Assembly: GCA_047495785.1 (NCBI GenBank)
Contig: JBLDXI010000006.1
Coordinates: 186,001-250,000 of the forward strand
Length of the DNA: 64,000 nucleotides
From: Lepidodermella squamata
Taxonomy: Eukaryota; Animalia; Gastrotricha
Direction: 5' to 3'
The notes under the pieces were generated by a model. It was not told the origin of the DNA. It saw only the letters and a program-made list of their open reading frames with translations, and ran no database searches. Below are positions 37,066-50,575 of the stretch, piece by piece. Both the position numbers and the translations under genes were made by a program. Numbering within the stretch: the stretch's first letter is position 1; the number at the start of each line of letters is the position of its first letter.

Positions 37066-39404
37066 TCATGTGCCATAATACTGCGTTCCTTGTAGATTCT
37101 CAAGCGCTGACTTGGCGATGTGCTGATCGTAACTCAAGGCTTCCTCCATTATTGCCTTGTGGAATGCACCAAACAGCGGTACGACAATGAGGGCGAGCAG
37201 ACACATGCCAAACCCGATCCAATTAACCGCATAGGCCAGGTACCAAGCACTCTTCGATTGCGCAAGCCGCCTGCCGCTTTCGCTCTTACGGCCATCTTCT
37301 TGCTGGTTGTCTTTCCTAATGGACCCAGAAGAATTTTGCTTCTTGATCTGCCGGTTTTTCGCTGACATGACGCGATGGATTTTCAGCGTAGATCTAGCCC
37401 GGATTGAGTTGTTGCGAGGCGATCGTGATTGATTGCTAGTAACGTGGGAAATACAGTCTTCGAACTCGTCGCCATTGCTCAAAACGTCTACAACAGCGTC
37501 CTCGCTCAAACACCGGCCGTTCTGGATGGCAGCAGCCCGCGTACGGAGGCGGGCGTGGAAACCGGGGAAAAGGCGTTTTGTAATGAAATTAAACACCTCC
37601 GGAATACCCCACGGCGCAGAGATGAACTCCCCTGGATCGACAATTGCTAGACAGATGGTTGTCACGAGAATAGTCATCGCGGCCGCGCAGAGTATGACGG
37701 TGAGATAAATTGTTAGGTAGCAATTCGCCGAGTTCTTCGGCAGTTTCTCCGCGACCATCAGCTCGAACAGGGCGACGGCAGTGAGAGTTGTCACTGATTG
37801 GACGGGCCGATCTACGTAATGCACGGGCACGAGGTAGTTTAGCAGGGTTATCACAGCTAGAAGAATCGTAGGCAGCACGACGGTAAGGACGAAGAATGCG
37901 GATCTACGGCGCATGACTAGCACGAAATGGATGCGACTGAAAGCCGTCCGTTCCCCAGTTCGATAAGTTGCAGAATGGCCGCCCACGCCATCGGATACCA
38001 GCTCCCAGACCTCTATAACAGATAGCTTTAACATGAATCATGCCAAGGAGAGGGCAACCATACCGTTCTCAGCAAGCATGCCCAGAGAGACTGCAGCAGG
38101 TTGATCGTCAGCTCGTATTGCTAGGCGCAGTTCGCGTTCTTGGAATATCGCTGATTCCTAACGGTAACGTAGCCATCAATGAAAATTGAGTAGAGCTAAT
38201 CAATAATATACTATTATAATTGAGCATCGTTGAATGTCGTATGGAAAGAAAGTGTGGTCGAATTTGCAGCGTGTTGAGATTTTACCGGTAGGATGGTACC
38301 AAACGTTGCCTAGAAGAAGAATATCGGCATCAATTTTTGAAAGTTGGGTTTAAGGAATCGCTTACCATCACTGTGCAGCCGGTATGGAAAGGAAGTGTCA
38401 CGCAATAAATCGTCCATGCCGTCGATTGCATTTGAGATCTGCATTGGAGGAATCCATAACATTTCTTTCGGAACGACTATTTCTTTGACTCCGCCGAACT
38501 GTTGAGGCGACCATGCGATCAAAGGATCACGCCAAGTCTAATAAAATATAAGGCACACATAATATTGAGGAAGGCAGTGAAGGCGAGAGTAATTTCGAAT
38601 TTTCAATTAATTTTGAATATTCACAAACAATTCTCAAATCGAAATCTGTTCACTGATTTCATCTTTCATCCCGCGCTTTTGCCGATTTTTCACATAAAAA
38701 GTAATGAATGTTTAAGGAAAACTGTAATCAAACATACAAGCTGTAGCCGAATTGTGGCATGCATTGTTTCGGTGGCCTCGTCCAACTCCTGAACTCGAAT
38801 CAAATAGAGGCGACTTCTCACGACCAGCGTGTTGTTGATGCTCAACGGGTTCATCGGTTTCACAAATTTGTTGTAGCCACCAGCTGCCGTCAGCCTTTTC
38901 AGTAATTCGTATTCAGGTACCTTGGATTTCGCTTCAATGATTAAATAAATTTCAAAATATTAGGACCATTAAGATCAGAAGAGATCTGAACGTTGTTGTT
39001 TGCATAAAGAAAATCAATAAATTCTACTTTCTATTCTAAATTAGCATTAGCTTAATTTGAGGCTTTCATTAATAATTGTTATTACCCTGGTACCATGGGC
39101 TAATAAGAAACATTTTCAATTAAATGTTCAGTGAAGTCACCTATAGGTAATAAGCTACAGTAACAGGTTACCTATTGGTAACAATCGATGGGTGAAAAAT
39201 TGAGATTCTAGGAAATCGTTTTTTTGAAAAATCGTGTGCCGCTGGAGTCTCAAATTGAGCTAATAAATGAATAGAATAAAAATTAAGGGATATTTTTTTA
39301 CCTGAGATGGCGTAGCGTATTTGATCACCGCTGTCCATCGATTGACAGCGACAGGTGTCGATTAATTGGAGCAGTAGGGTGACTAAAAACCCCGAGGCCC
39401 TCAT
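37066..39404 (-). CDS. Divergent Cys-loop ligand-gated ion channel subunit (non-alpha), copy 1
   Basis: Signal exon MRASGFLVTLLLQL; LWIPPMQISNA; Cys-loop CKFDHTFFPYDIQRC; MRRRSAFF-M1; M2 DRPVQSVTTLTAVALF; M4. No vicinal cysteines. Confidence 0.85.
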
Positions 39405-40151
39405 TTAAGTGCCGCAAGTCATAAATCGGGTTTTTAGGCTTTATTCACCGAACACAAAAATTGGGACCTGTCTCTGCTTTTCTGTATCTGCGTGGTTATT
39501 CCTAGTATATCGAGTAAAGCAGAGCCATAATCAGATTGACGGCATAGTGGCGCTGAATATTTTCTACGACCAAGCGGTCATCTCACGACGATGATGTCTC
39601 AATTCAATGCAAAGCAAAGAGGCGATAATTGAGTTGTACGCGCGCGTACGCGTGTGTGTGAGTATTATACGCTGATCCCTCGGCGCGGTGCTCACATCTG
39701 AAAACGTATCGCTACAATATATATCATAGCCGCCGCGTAAACATGCACGCGATGAGCGGGCGTTTCTTCACCACGGTATATCGCTTTCTGCTGCTTGCTG
39801 CTCTTTTTCTGTTGTTTCACTCTCAATTTACAGTGCGTAGCAACCGATAGTTTGGGGTGATTGAAAATCGCCGGCTCTTATTAACTTGTTGTATGAAGTT
39901 GTATATGATTGGCTACTATAGATGAGTATTTTCACGATACTCCCTTTTTTAGCTATCATTTCAACCACGATTTTTGTCGGTTTTTGATTGGCATATTGCA
40001 TTTTACCAGGCGATAAGTGCTTTTGCCTTGGTATGTATTTTTTCGCATATTGGAATAATCAGCTTATGCAATAGAAAGATGAATCATCACTATTTTGATC
40101 GACTCAGTTTGATCGATTAAGGTGGAAAATCAAATTTTTTATTGATAAAAC

Positions 40152-42048
40152 TTAGAAAGAGTAATAATTGCCGTAGTAATGGCTGCCAACCGTGTCTTGG
40201 CTCTTAGGCACGTAGTTCTCATATCGAATTTGAATATCAGCTAATTGAACATGCACCATGGCGATAAAAGGCACAATGACAAGCGCCAAGAGACAACAAC
40301 CAAAACCCGTCCAGTTAACAGCATAGGCTAGATACCAGGCCTTGCGCGATCGAGTGAGCCGCCGCCCGAAATTGTACCTCAGCGTCTCGGGTATTGTGAA
40401 TGACAAAGGTTTTAAGACAGGCGGCTCTGGAGCTACCATTTTCGCTCGACAAGTATTTGCCGAATTCGGTGTGGAGAACCGCCGATTTTTTATTGAAAAT
40501 TGCCGCCGTGTGTAGAGTGATTTAGGTTTTTCATGAGCGTTGTGAGCGATAGGTACAGAGACGCCCTGCCCGATAACGCAGTTCGAAGTTGTGATCCGAG
40601 GTTGCGATTTTGGCGAAATCACTGTAGCTACCGGCTCGAATCGTCGACAGCAGAACTTTCTAAGGAAACCGACAAGCTCAGGGATACCCCATGGAGCGGT
40701 GATATACTCGCCGGGGTCGACAATTGCGAGGCAAATCGTAGTCACCAGTATTGTTATTGCAGATGCGAAGAGGATAACAGTGAGATACATTGTGAGATAA
40801 CAATTCGCAGAATTTTTCGGCAGTTTCTCCGCGACCATCATCTCGAATAACGCGACGGCGGTGAGAGTTGTGACTGACTGAACTGGCCGGTCAACGTAAT
40901 GAATAGGGACGAGGTAGTTGAGTAGGGTGATCACAGCGAGCAGAAACGTAGGCAGTACTACTGTTAGAGCGAAAAATGCGGAACGGCGACGCATGATTAG
41001 GATGAACTGGATGCGGCTGAAAGCGGTACGCTCGCCGGTTCGATACGAAGTTGCATGACCTCCAACTCCATCCGGAAGAAGCTCCCAAATATCTTGAAAG
41101 CCAAATGTAAAATTATAGAAAAAATTTAAGCTCGACTTTACCGTTTTGGGCGAGCATTCCAAGTGAAACGGCTGCGGGTTGGTCTTCAGACCGAAGTAAC
41201 AACTGAAGCTCCCTTTCCTGATAGATTGCTGATTCGACTATGATTGAACACTTTTGAACGTCATAGGGGAAGAAGGTGTGATCGAAGTGGCAACGGGTTG
41301 ATACCTTTCCAGTCGGATGATACTGTTAAATGGAAACAACAATTGTATCAGTCGGCAATTAGATGCTTGCTGGTTATAGGCTATACTCTGCTATCTGACT
41401 TTAATCCCTCATTCTACGAATAGAAACTTACCCAAACATTGCCATCGTAGTGAAGCCTTAGAGGAAAAGAGGTGTCTCTTAGGACATCTGCTGAGCCATC
41501 TATAGAGTTTGAAATTTGCATTGGAGGCAGCCACATCATGTCACGGGGTACCACAAGTTCTTTGACTCCGCCGTACTTTTCTGGGGACCATGCCAGGGTG
41601 GGATCTCGCCAAGTCTAAAAAATAGACAATAATTGAATGAAATGAGGCAATTAAAACTGATTTTCTACCAGCTGAAGCCGTACAGCAGCATTCATCGTTT
41701 CCGTTGCCTCGTCTAAATCTTGTATCCGAATAAGGTACAGACGAGCTCTGACGATTAAAGTATTGTTAACGCTGAATGGATTGGCTGGTTTGATGAGTTT
41801 ATTGTAACCGGATGAACTTGAAATTCTTTTGAGAAGTTCTTGCTCGGGATATTTCATTTTATTCGCTGAAATGAAACTTCCTCGATCGATTTTTCATTTT
41901 CGAGAGTAGCCTTACCTGCTATTGCATAACTCATAGTTTGTTGCCCGGGGTCTTCGGTTATTAGCGGTATGGCAAGAGTAGCATAAGTAAGAATTGAAAG
42001 ATGAATGAAAGATTTTTCTGGTGATTGGCCTATACCATCGACACGCAT
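40152..42048 (-). CDS. Divergent Cys-loop ligand-gated ion channel subunit, tandem copy 2
   Basis: Cys-loop CHFDHTFFPYDVQKC and M1-M3 nearly identical to copy 1. The start codon is tentative. Confidence 0.82.
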
Positions 42049-42629
42049 TTTGCTATAAATAAACTAGCTTTCACACTTTTATTATCACTGCTGGCGCCAG
42101 TTTTTCTCAGCGCGCCGATTAAATCTGATCGAGTTGTGCGCATCGTCTTTTTTTGGTGAGTGCGCATATATGGGACTCGGTTATCAAATTCATTTGCGGC
42201 CCTAGTCTTGTTTTCCCATGATAATTGCGTCTATTTCAAGGTTTACGCTAATGGCCCTATTCCAGATATACAATTTGTATTCACTATCTGCGTGCTCAAT
42301 AACATCGCAGTTTATCAGTTTAAAATATTACAGCTGTAAAATGTTTGCAGGCTTAAATAATTTGGTGGCATTCTTGGTCGGCATTTAATAAAACAAGTAC
42401 AAATAATCAGCATTCATCCTTCAGGCAGATGAAAAATGATTTGAACTTCTGATGCGCAAGCTCTCGTTGCTGTTTCAGTGCTACCATCGCTCGTCGCTTA
42501 TTTCATCACAAAAATCAACAGTTTGAACCAATTTGTGATCAAGCTTAAGATCTGGCAGAAACAGGAATATGTTTCTGATAAAAGAGCCTCCACTGTCTGT
42601 CTATTCTTTCTTTATTGTCAAGAAATACT

Positions 42630-44160
42630 TCAATCTAAACGCAGGATTATCGCATTGAAAAACTGGTGTAATGTCGGAATGGTGGCTATCAAAGCTAGTA
42701 AGCGGTCTAGAATTAAGTCGTGTAAGGACATTCCGGAAGAGTTTGAACCGCTGCTGCTGCTACTGCTTGAACTAGTATTCGTATTCGAGCTGCCACTGCT
42801 GCTACTCGACGATGATGGCGAGGATGATGAGGGTGAAGAAGAGGACCATTGCGTCGCAACAACTACCGGACTCCAATTGCTGGAACTAGGTGAACTGCTC
42901 GGTGAACTTGAAGATGGAGACGGCGACTGAGCTAAGCTGTTGCTGGATGTCCCGACGCTCGGCTGGTTAGGCCGGAGTACGATAGAACTGGGCGACCAAG
43001 TTAGCGTCCAGCCGCTTGCCTGGGTCCAGCTAGAAGATCCGGACGGCTGTGTGTAAGTCCAGCCTGAACCTGTCCAGACCAGTGTTGAGCCGTACCAGGC
43101 CCAGGTTGAACCAGCCCATACCCAAGCCCCGCCTTTATATTAAAGAGTAGCTGATTTGAATCATTAATAATTTTAGTTTTCGGTCTTTGTTTTAACTTAA
43201 CTAAAACATAAAACTCATGATAGATGAACTGAGAACTTACTACTTAGGCTGTTAGCGCTTGACGATGGAAGGATGGCCCAGACCCAGCTGCTTCCTAGAT
43301 ATGGAAGTAGTTTGAGAGTTATCCAAGCCAAAACCTTGTCAAACCTGACCATGTCCAGCCCGAGTAGGAGGGTCCACTCCCAAGGCTCCAGGTCGATCCT
43401 GGCGCCCACGCCCACGAGGTCACCGATGGTCCAGACCAAGAAGAACCCGACCAAGTTGTCCACGCTGAACCTGTCCTAAAAATGTAGCGAATTTTGAATT
43501 CAGTTGCTGGAGATTGTAGGCTAAAGCCTCACCATGCCGCCCATGTTGAACCAGACCTGAAAATTACGAATTAATTCTATAATTTAGAATATAGAATGGC
43601 TCTTTTTTTTACCATATCGCCCATGTTGATCCCGTCCAAACTTGCCAGGTTGACCCGGTCCAGCTCGCCGTTTGCCAGGCGTTCCCGTACCAAACCGCGG
43701 TGGTTGACGGTGAGGAGGATGCAACCCACGACCAAGTTCCAGAAATCCAGTTCCAGCTACTCGTGTCCACACTGGGTAGAGAAATGCTAGGAACAGAAAC
43801 CGAACCAACCCCGGGTATAGAAACACTCGGAAAATTAACCGAAGAACCGCTTGGTATGTTGATATTTGGTATCGAAATTGTACCCAAGCCCGGAATGGCG
43901 ACATTAGTCGGGTTCGAGGAGATTGACGAAAGGCCTGGAATGGATGATACCCCAGGTATTGACGACAAACCAGGCAGGGAAACCCCGGATATCGCCACGC
44001 CAGAGGAAGGCAAACCGGCGGCGTTTGATACTTGCGAGACTGACCAACTAGCGAAATCGGACCATGAAGTTGGCAACGAGCCAAGGCTAAACTGACCGAA
44101 AGCAACTGACGATATAGCCGAAGCTAGCAACAAGTAGCGAAGCAGCATGGAATATTTCAT
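42630..44160 (-). CDS. Secreted Ser/Gly/Trp/Thr-rich low-complexity protein with WxGSxW repeats (5 exons)
   Basis: Signal peptide MKYSMLLRYLLLASAISSVAFG; SIPG repeats; WTGSTW/WSGSSW/WAGSTW repeats across phase-consistent exons including a 24-nt micro-exon; poly-Ser tail; stop at 42630 with AATAAA just downstream. Confidence 0.78.
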
Positions 44161-44634
44161 GGCAAAATTATATAGACTATATAGGGAAAACATCGAAAGT
44201 GAATGGAATTTTTCATAGAAAAGGAATGAGTAAGAATCCTACGCACTCTCTTTTCAATGAGACTCTATGTTTTTTCAACATCTGAAACGGGGCTTCAGTA
44301 TTTGATGCTGATACAGATTTCTGGGTTCAACTCAGTATTTCCGTGAATGGGAATCGTAAAAGGAGACTCGGATGCTAATCAAAGGAAGCTTTCCCTTTCA
44401 GCTGACAACGCCCACGCGTCGAAAATTCTACATTATAAAGAGATCAATTGGATATCTCAGCTGAATAGCATAACGACATGTCCGCGTGTGAATCGAATTC
44501 ATTGATAAACGACTAGCTACAAGTGCATCCTTCATTCAACTCCCTACACGTTGCTTAGCAGGAGGCATTTTTATTTCATCTTACCATCAGCCTTTTCATT
44601 TCAAAGATTTTTCATGTAGTAGTAGCATTGAACC

Positions 44635-47600
44635 ATGTTCGAAACTAAGCTGCTGCTGGCTTTCGCCTTATTCGTTGCTTACGTGGCATTCGACTCATTC
44701 GTTATCTATCCCTCTGGTGTTGAAGCCCTAGTTTGCGGCTGTAATGTTAACAACGGAAAGGGCCAATCAAGTTGTTTTTACGCTAACGCCGACAAAAACG
44801 TTGTATGCAAAAATGGCTATGGCCCTTTCAGTAAAGAGTTTCTAGTTCTAGATTTCATGGTTTCGTAGCTTTGCCATCTTTTCAGGTTGCGTTCCTCAAA
44901 ATGGGTGTCCTCAGGGTAATACCGGCCGTGGACCGCCTGAAGTTTACACCACGAACGGAAGCGAGGGTAACTTCACCATTATCGAATTCATGCAACCAGT
45001 GCCGACGTGGTCGTACGTCTACGAGTGTCAAAACTCGTCGCTTTTCCTCGCTGTCTACAACGTATCCGTGAAAGGCTACAACTATATGAACCAAGTCCGC
45101 AATTTGTGGTTTAACACCATCTCGTGTCTAACGGCGACCCCGGCGCAACAATCGGGCGGTTTCTATTTCGACATCTCAACGTACAACTCGTGTGACAACG
45201 CCGGGCAGTGCGGCAATTGTGGCAACTGCAACTGTAGCTGCAGGGTCGAAAACCCGTGGTGGTGGAACTGTTGTTACGATCCGTGTTTTGCCTGCTCGCA
45301 TTGTTGCACCTGCAATACCGACAACTGGGCTACCAATAAGTATAATTACGCTGGGTCATGCCTGCAATGCAACCACGATGGTTGGTGTGGAATTCCCAAC
45401 GGCCAAATGCAGACGCCAACTGTGTGCCAAAGTAAACTTTGTCATGTTGCTGCTAAGCCATGCTATGCAATTTTTCATTACAGTGGGCCTGCAAATCGCC
45501 AACCCGGGAAATAACTTGGATTACGAGGAATTGGCGAGTTCTAATTTTTCATATTCAGTTCGAGTTTGGATTAGAACGTTGGGATGTGCCGCTTGCAATT
45601 CAGAAGCTTTGGTCAACCTGACAGTCTACGTGAAAGATTGCAGTATGACATTTTCACTTAATTTATCGTGAAATTATCACATTTCAGCGGAAGCTAAAGG
45701 GTTTTTGACCCATATGATGTTATACAGCTAAAATGGCTCTTTATCCTTTTAGACGAATGGCCAATTTTCGAGACCCAAATAACTACAACGCAGATTTATC
45801 AATGGGACGGCTATGGCACTGTTTTCAACGGACCCACGCTCTACATTCAGTGCCGGGATCTCGACGTTTTCAACACGGCATTCAACACGGTTGATTTGAG
45901 TGTTCAGCGAGTTACCCTCAATTTTTGCCCGGGTGGGCGTTCGACAGTCAACCCAACTCCGTGGTACATTCAAAACAGTCGATTCGTAGGCTCAACCATG
46001 CAGGGTAATAAAAATTCGTCCGTCCTCATGTACGATGTGGCGCGGTGTGGCAGTGCTATTCAACTGTGCCTCGACATGTTCAAGTATCAGTACACGGGAT
46101 GCACGACGCCTGTTTTTGAAGTTTTTGTTACCGCGGTGGATGGTGGTGGGCTGGTTTCAACGTACAGCTACTCAGTCACAATTCTCAATACACCAGATCA
46201 ACCGATGTGGATCAATATGCCAGTATGTTAATGCAGCTTTTACCACATCCAAAGACTTGTATTTGAACTTAAGTTACGCTATAGTTAGCCAGCGCTTTAG
46301 TAGTTGGGATTTGTTAGGTCTTAGGTCAATATGAATGTGATTAATTGATTATTCCGTAGATAATAATTGGTAAAACTTACTTTCACAGGCAACGGTTTCC
46401 GTCGTCGAAAAAACCGCTGGAGGAGCTGCCCCGGGAACACAAATATTCCCAGTTAGTGCTATCGTCGGGGGTGTCGGGACGAAAACTTGGGCGTTGATTA
46501 ACGTCGACCCTGCTGTCGATTATACGACCAATCAATATTTCAAACTAGCAGCTTGCAACCCAGCTGCAGCGAGTGCTGTTCAGTGCCAAGGATTGTACCT
46601 CGCCCCGGCTGTAACAACTTCAACGTTTATATACGCCAATCAGAAACAGTACAACATAACCATTTGGCTGACGAACACAGTCGGTGTTGAGTCGAGAACG
46701 ATTTCGGTAGGTTCAGCAATAACAATTTTGGAGATTAACAACAATTTAATTCTAACAGTCTTCCGTTATCGTCAACATCATTCAACTAATTTACCAGCCC
46801 GTTCTCCTCGAAAACAACGTAAGCTTTGAAATTCAACTACGAAAGTCAGAATTTTAATAAATTTTTATTTTAAAGGTTGTCTGGTACGTTAAGGAGAATG
46901 TTACAGGAGCGGCTTGTATGTACAACATCACGAAGTACACGCATGCGAATTCCCACACGTTCTTCCTCTACAAAATTACGTCGATGACAGCTTTCACACA
47001 CGGCGGCATATATTTGATCGGAAGCGGTAAGAATAACCTGAAGAAATTACCGATCATAAGACTTGAGTAATGATGATTTAGCCATTTGTTACGATGGAGC
47101 TCGCGTTACCAAGGGTGCTGGCACAACTGTCGGTTGGGTTTTCAACTGGGCGACAGAACCAGCCTACACTATCCAAGTCAAAGTCGATGATCCTTATTCA
47201 ACGATGACAGCTCCGACGTTCACATTCACGCTCAGCATTGTCAACGTTGAGGATCCACCGCTATTGATAGTGCCAGTCGTAAGTTCCTAAGAAAAATGAA
47301 ATTTCGTAATATTCACTTGTTCTTCGTAGTATGTAACCGTTCAAGAGACAGCCACCTCCGTATCTGTGCCTATATCATGCACTAAGGAGGCTAACCAGCA
47401 GGCCGTGACGTTCAAATTGATTAATCAAAACACAGCGGCTAACAATACTATGTTCTACCTATCGACTCAATCGTCAAGTTATGCCGGAACAACATCCACT
47501 GCCCGTAAATTTATGATCAGATCGCGATGATTTTTTTTTAATACTTCATTTCCTTAATGATAGAAATTGATGCGGATCCAAAGATAGTTCCTCCGCCGAT

Positions 47601-50070
47601 GTTCAACGCATCTAAAGTTACTGTCATCTATCAAGACGTTATCTGCTATTCAAATCAGTACACTGTCCAAGATAGAATCATCTTCTTCATTCAAAGGGTC
47701 AATACGGCGCCTTACTTTTTCAATCTACCGGTAAGATAGAGGATTTTATTGAAATGTAGCTTTATTTTACCCGATTTATTCCTAGAACATGACACAGCTC
47801 GCTGAATCTACTACGCTCTACATTCCTTTCTTCACCGTTACTACCGGAGATCGCGAAGGTGATACAAGAAAGTATGTTAGATTCCTGTCGAAGAAGGTCA
47901 AATAACTTAACTTGTTCAAAAGGGTTTACTTCTGCCTTCCGCCTTCGACAACGCTAACCTCACAACACACGTCGACCAGGTTCAACATTGACCCAATCTT
48001 AGGAAGTAAGTTTTCCGAAATTCACGTCCGCCTTAATTTAGCCGGATTATTGCAGTAATCACGACCAACATACCGTTCAATACGCCTTCCAGCAATTTCA
48101 ATGCCATCACGACCCCTACCTATACGCTGACCATCTGTGCAGTTGACAACCCACCTTCCCTGTATACCCCGTTGACTGGAACTTCGACGCTAATTATCTA
48201 CATTGTCCTTAATCAAACTGCTCCGACTTGGCAGACACCACCGGCTGGAAGTTCGGCAACAGCTATTGTTTCTCCTAACATTAAGGAGAATGTTAAGGGG
48301 CAGAAATACATCTATACGCTGACAGCCACTGATCGAGAACTCGACCGAGTTTACTACAACATTACGGAGGTTCGACCCACGTGGAACCGGGCGCTTCGAA
48401 TTCCTACGGATTCAAATCGTAAATATCATAAGCAACGTTAAATCCAAAATGATGCTTTGTTTTTAGTTCTTGAGTACAATCAGGACTACGCCCTTACGAG
48501 TCCGATGTTTAACAATACGGTTGTCCCGGTGTATTACGTCGTGATAGAATGTCTTGATAAGAAAACGACACCAACATCAACCACAACTATCACGGTCAGC
48601 ATTGACTACGTCGATGTACCAGCTGTTTGGACATCGCTCCCCGCATATCTAACAATTAGAGAGGATGTTTACTGGGGGCCGACAGATCTGTTCACTGTTG
48701 GCGCTTACGATCCTAACAAGAAGTATGCGGTGACCATTGCGCTTCAATCAATCAACCCTTCCACTGGTTCGACGCAAATCTACTACAACACTACGACAAA
48801 AAGTGAGTCAGATGACATTTCATATTCAAATAAATCGACTTCAATTTTCTAGCAATCGGCTATTACTTGAATCCGGGCTTCGCTTATGGAGTGATAAACA
48901 CCTACACCCTGGTTTTCACAGCTTGGAACACCGTGAATCCAACAATCACGAGCTCAGTTATTATTCAAATTATACCCGTTCCAACCGGGCCGCAAATGAA
49001 CACGACTGGTACTGTTTGTTTGAATGAAAATGTCGTCGCCGGTCAAACGCTATGGGACATGAGGGCTAAGGACAACTACACTCTGACCTTGAAATACGGA
49101 ATTTTAGACGTCAATCCGAATTCTGGGTTCAACAAGTTTATTGTGACTTCAACTGGAAGTAAGTTTCTTATTGCTAATGCTAGTGCTTACCTTGAAGAAT
49201 TTTGCAGTTATCAGATCGGTCGACAAGCCGAATTTTAATTATCAAGCCGCCAGTCAGTATGTCCTTCGAGCTACAGCGACTAACAACGCTGGCCTGGTAG
49301 CTACCTTCACGCTAACAATCTGCATCAAAGACGTTGCCGGTTTGCCGGTTATCACAAATTTACCAGCATTTGCGAGCATCAAAGAAGGAACAACGGGATC
49401 GGTATTGGGCGGGCTGTATAACACGAAATGTGTTGACCCGGATAACAGGGCACTCTCCTGGAGTTACAACGTCCTCCCTAATACTGGTTTTTCGTATTTC
49501 AACATCACTAGCACAGGAGGTCAGTTATTTAGGTTAAATCGAAGATTTTCCCAAATTTCGTTTATTCCAGTTGTTCAAATAACGCAGTACTCGTCGTTCA
49601 ACTATCTCGATCAGCCCTATTACTACGTTGTCGTTTATTGCTCGAACGGAGCTTACACAGCCACAGGAACGCTGTCGGTTGTCGTGCTGTGGACCACGTC
49701 GACTACGTCAACCACCCCTGGCCCAAGAACGACGATTCCAGATGACATAACTACGACTACGGTTGTCCCTGCGGGGGATTTACTGACCCCTGAGCGTAGG
49801 CTGAATTGGTGCATTTTTCACAGATTATGTCAAAAGCCGTTTTTTTTTCTTCCTTCAGAAATCGGAGCGATAGTTGGCTCGTTACTCGGTGCGTTGTGTT
49901 TAGCAGGAGCCGCCTACGGGATAGCGCGTTATCTTCAAAAGAAAGCGAGACAGGAGGGCATCACCAAGTAAGATCTATTCATATCATAGCTGTTTCAGAG
50001 GCATTTATTGCTTTTATTTTGCAGAAATATGAAGAAGCCGTTCAAAGCTTTCAATTCATACAAAATTTGA
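44635..50070 (+). CDS. Cadherin-related single-pass membrane protein with Cys-rich N-terminus and very short cytoplasmic tail
   Basis: Signal peptide; many cadherin-like repeats (LDYEE, VTAVDGGGL, LTATDRELD, IKENV, FNYQAASQY); Thr-rich stalk; TM IGAIVGSLLGALCLAGAAYGIA; last exon NMKKPFKAFNSYKI*. Not every internal junction was checked. Confidence 0.8.
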
Positions 50071-50275
50071 GACGTCCATCCATTCAGCAAATGTTTTTCC
50101 GAGTCATAACCCAGTGAATAAGACTGCTTCCTTAAATTTTCCATTTGTCAATAAAAATGATATTAAAATGATTATCGGGTATTTACTTAATACCTACAGG
50201 AAGATTTGGAGAATGGAATCAAGTTGCATTTGAGGGGTAAATCAAGGAATAAAGTCAGTTCTTTCATTGCGAAGT

Positions 50276-50575
50276 TCATTTAAAAAATTTTAAAAGAATT
50301 TTTAAGCTGGCGTTGTTTAGAAATTTCATTAGGGCTGGGCTTTCTCCAGCAAGTGTGCGAAAAAATTCGCTTTTTTTGGTCACAAAGTTCAGATCTGCCC
50401 CTTGCTCGTAAAGATGCTCGAGGGCCCGAACTTGGCCAGTCATAGCCGCCAACATAGCCGGCGTATGCCCCCAGTCATTTTTCGCATTGATATCAGCTCC
50501 TCTTTCGATAAGGTGTTTCATAAACCTGAGCTTGCCCCAGTAAATAGCACTCATCAGTGCGTTTTCTCCAGTCAT
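50276..50575 (-). CDS. Two-ankyrin-repeat segment (mini-gene, orphan exon or fragment)
   Basis: MTGENALMSAIYWGKLRFMKHLIERGADINAKNDWGHTPAMLAAMTGQVRALEHLYEQGADLN. Gene boundaries are unresolved. Confidence 0.55.
   Translation of the reverse strand: MTGENALMSAIYWGKLRFMKHLIERGADINAKNDWGHTPAMLAAMTGQVRALEHLYEQGADLNFVTKKSEFFRTLAGESPALMKFLNNASLKILLKFFK

Noticed and set aside
42478-42930. 150-aa + strand Leu/Glu-rich ORF
   Set aside because: Antisense of the poly-Ser exon of the Trp-rich gene.
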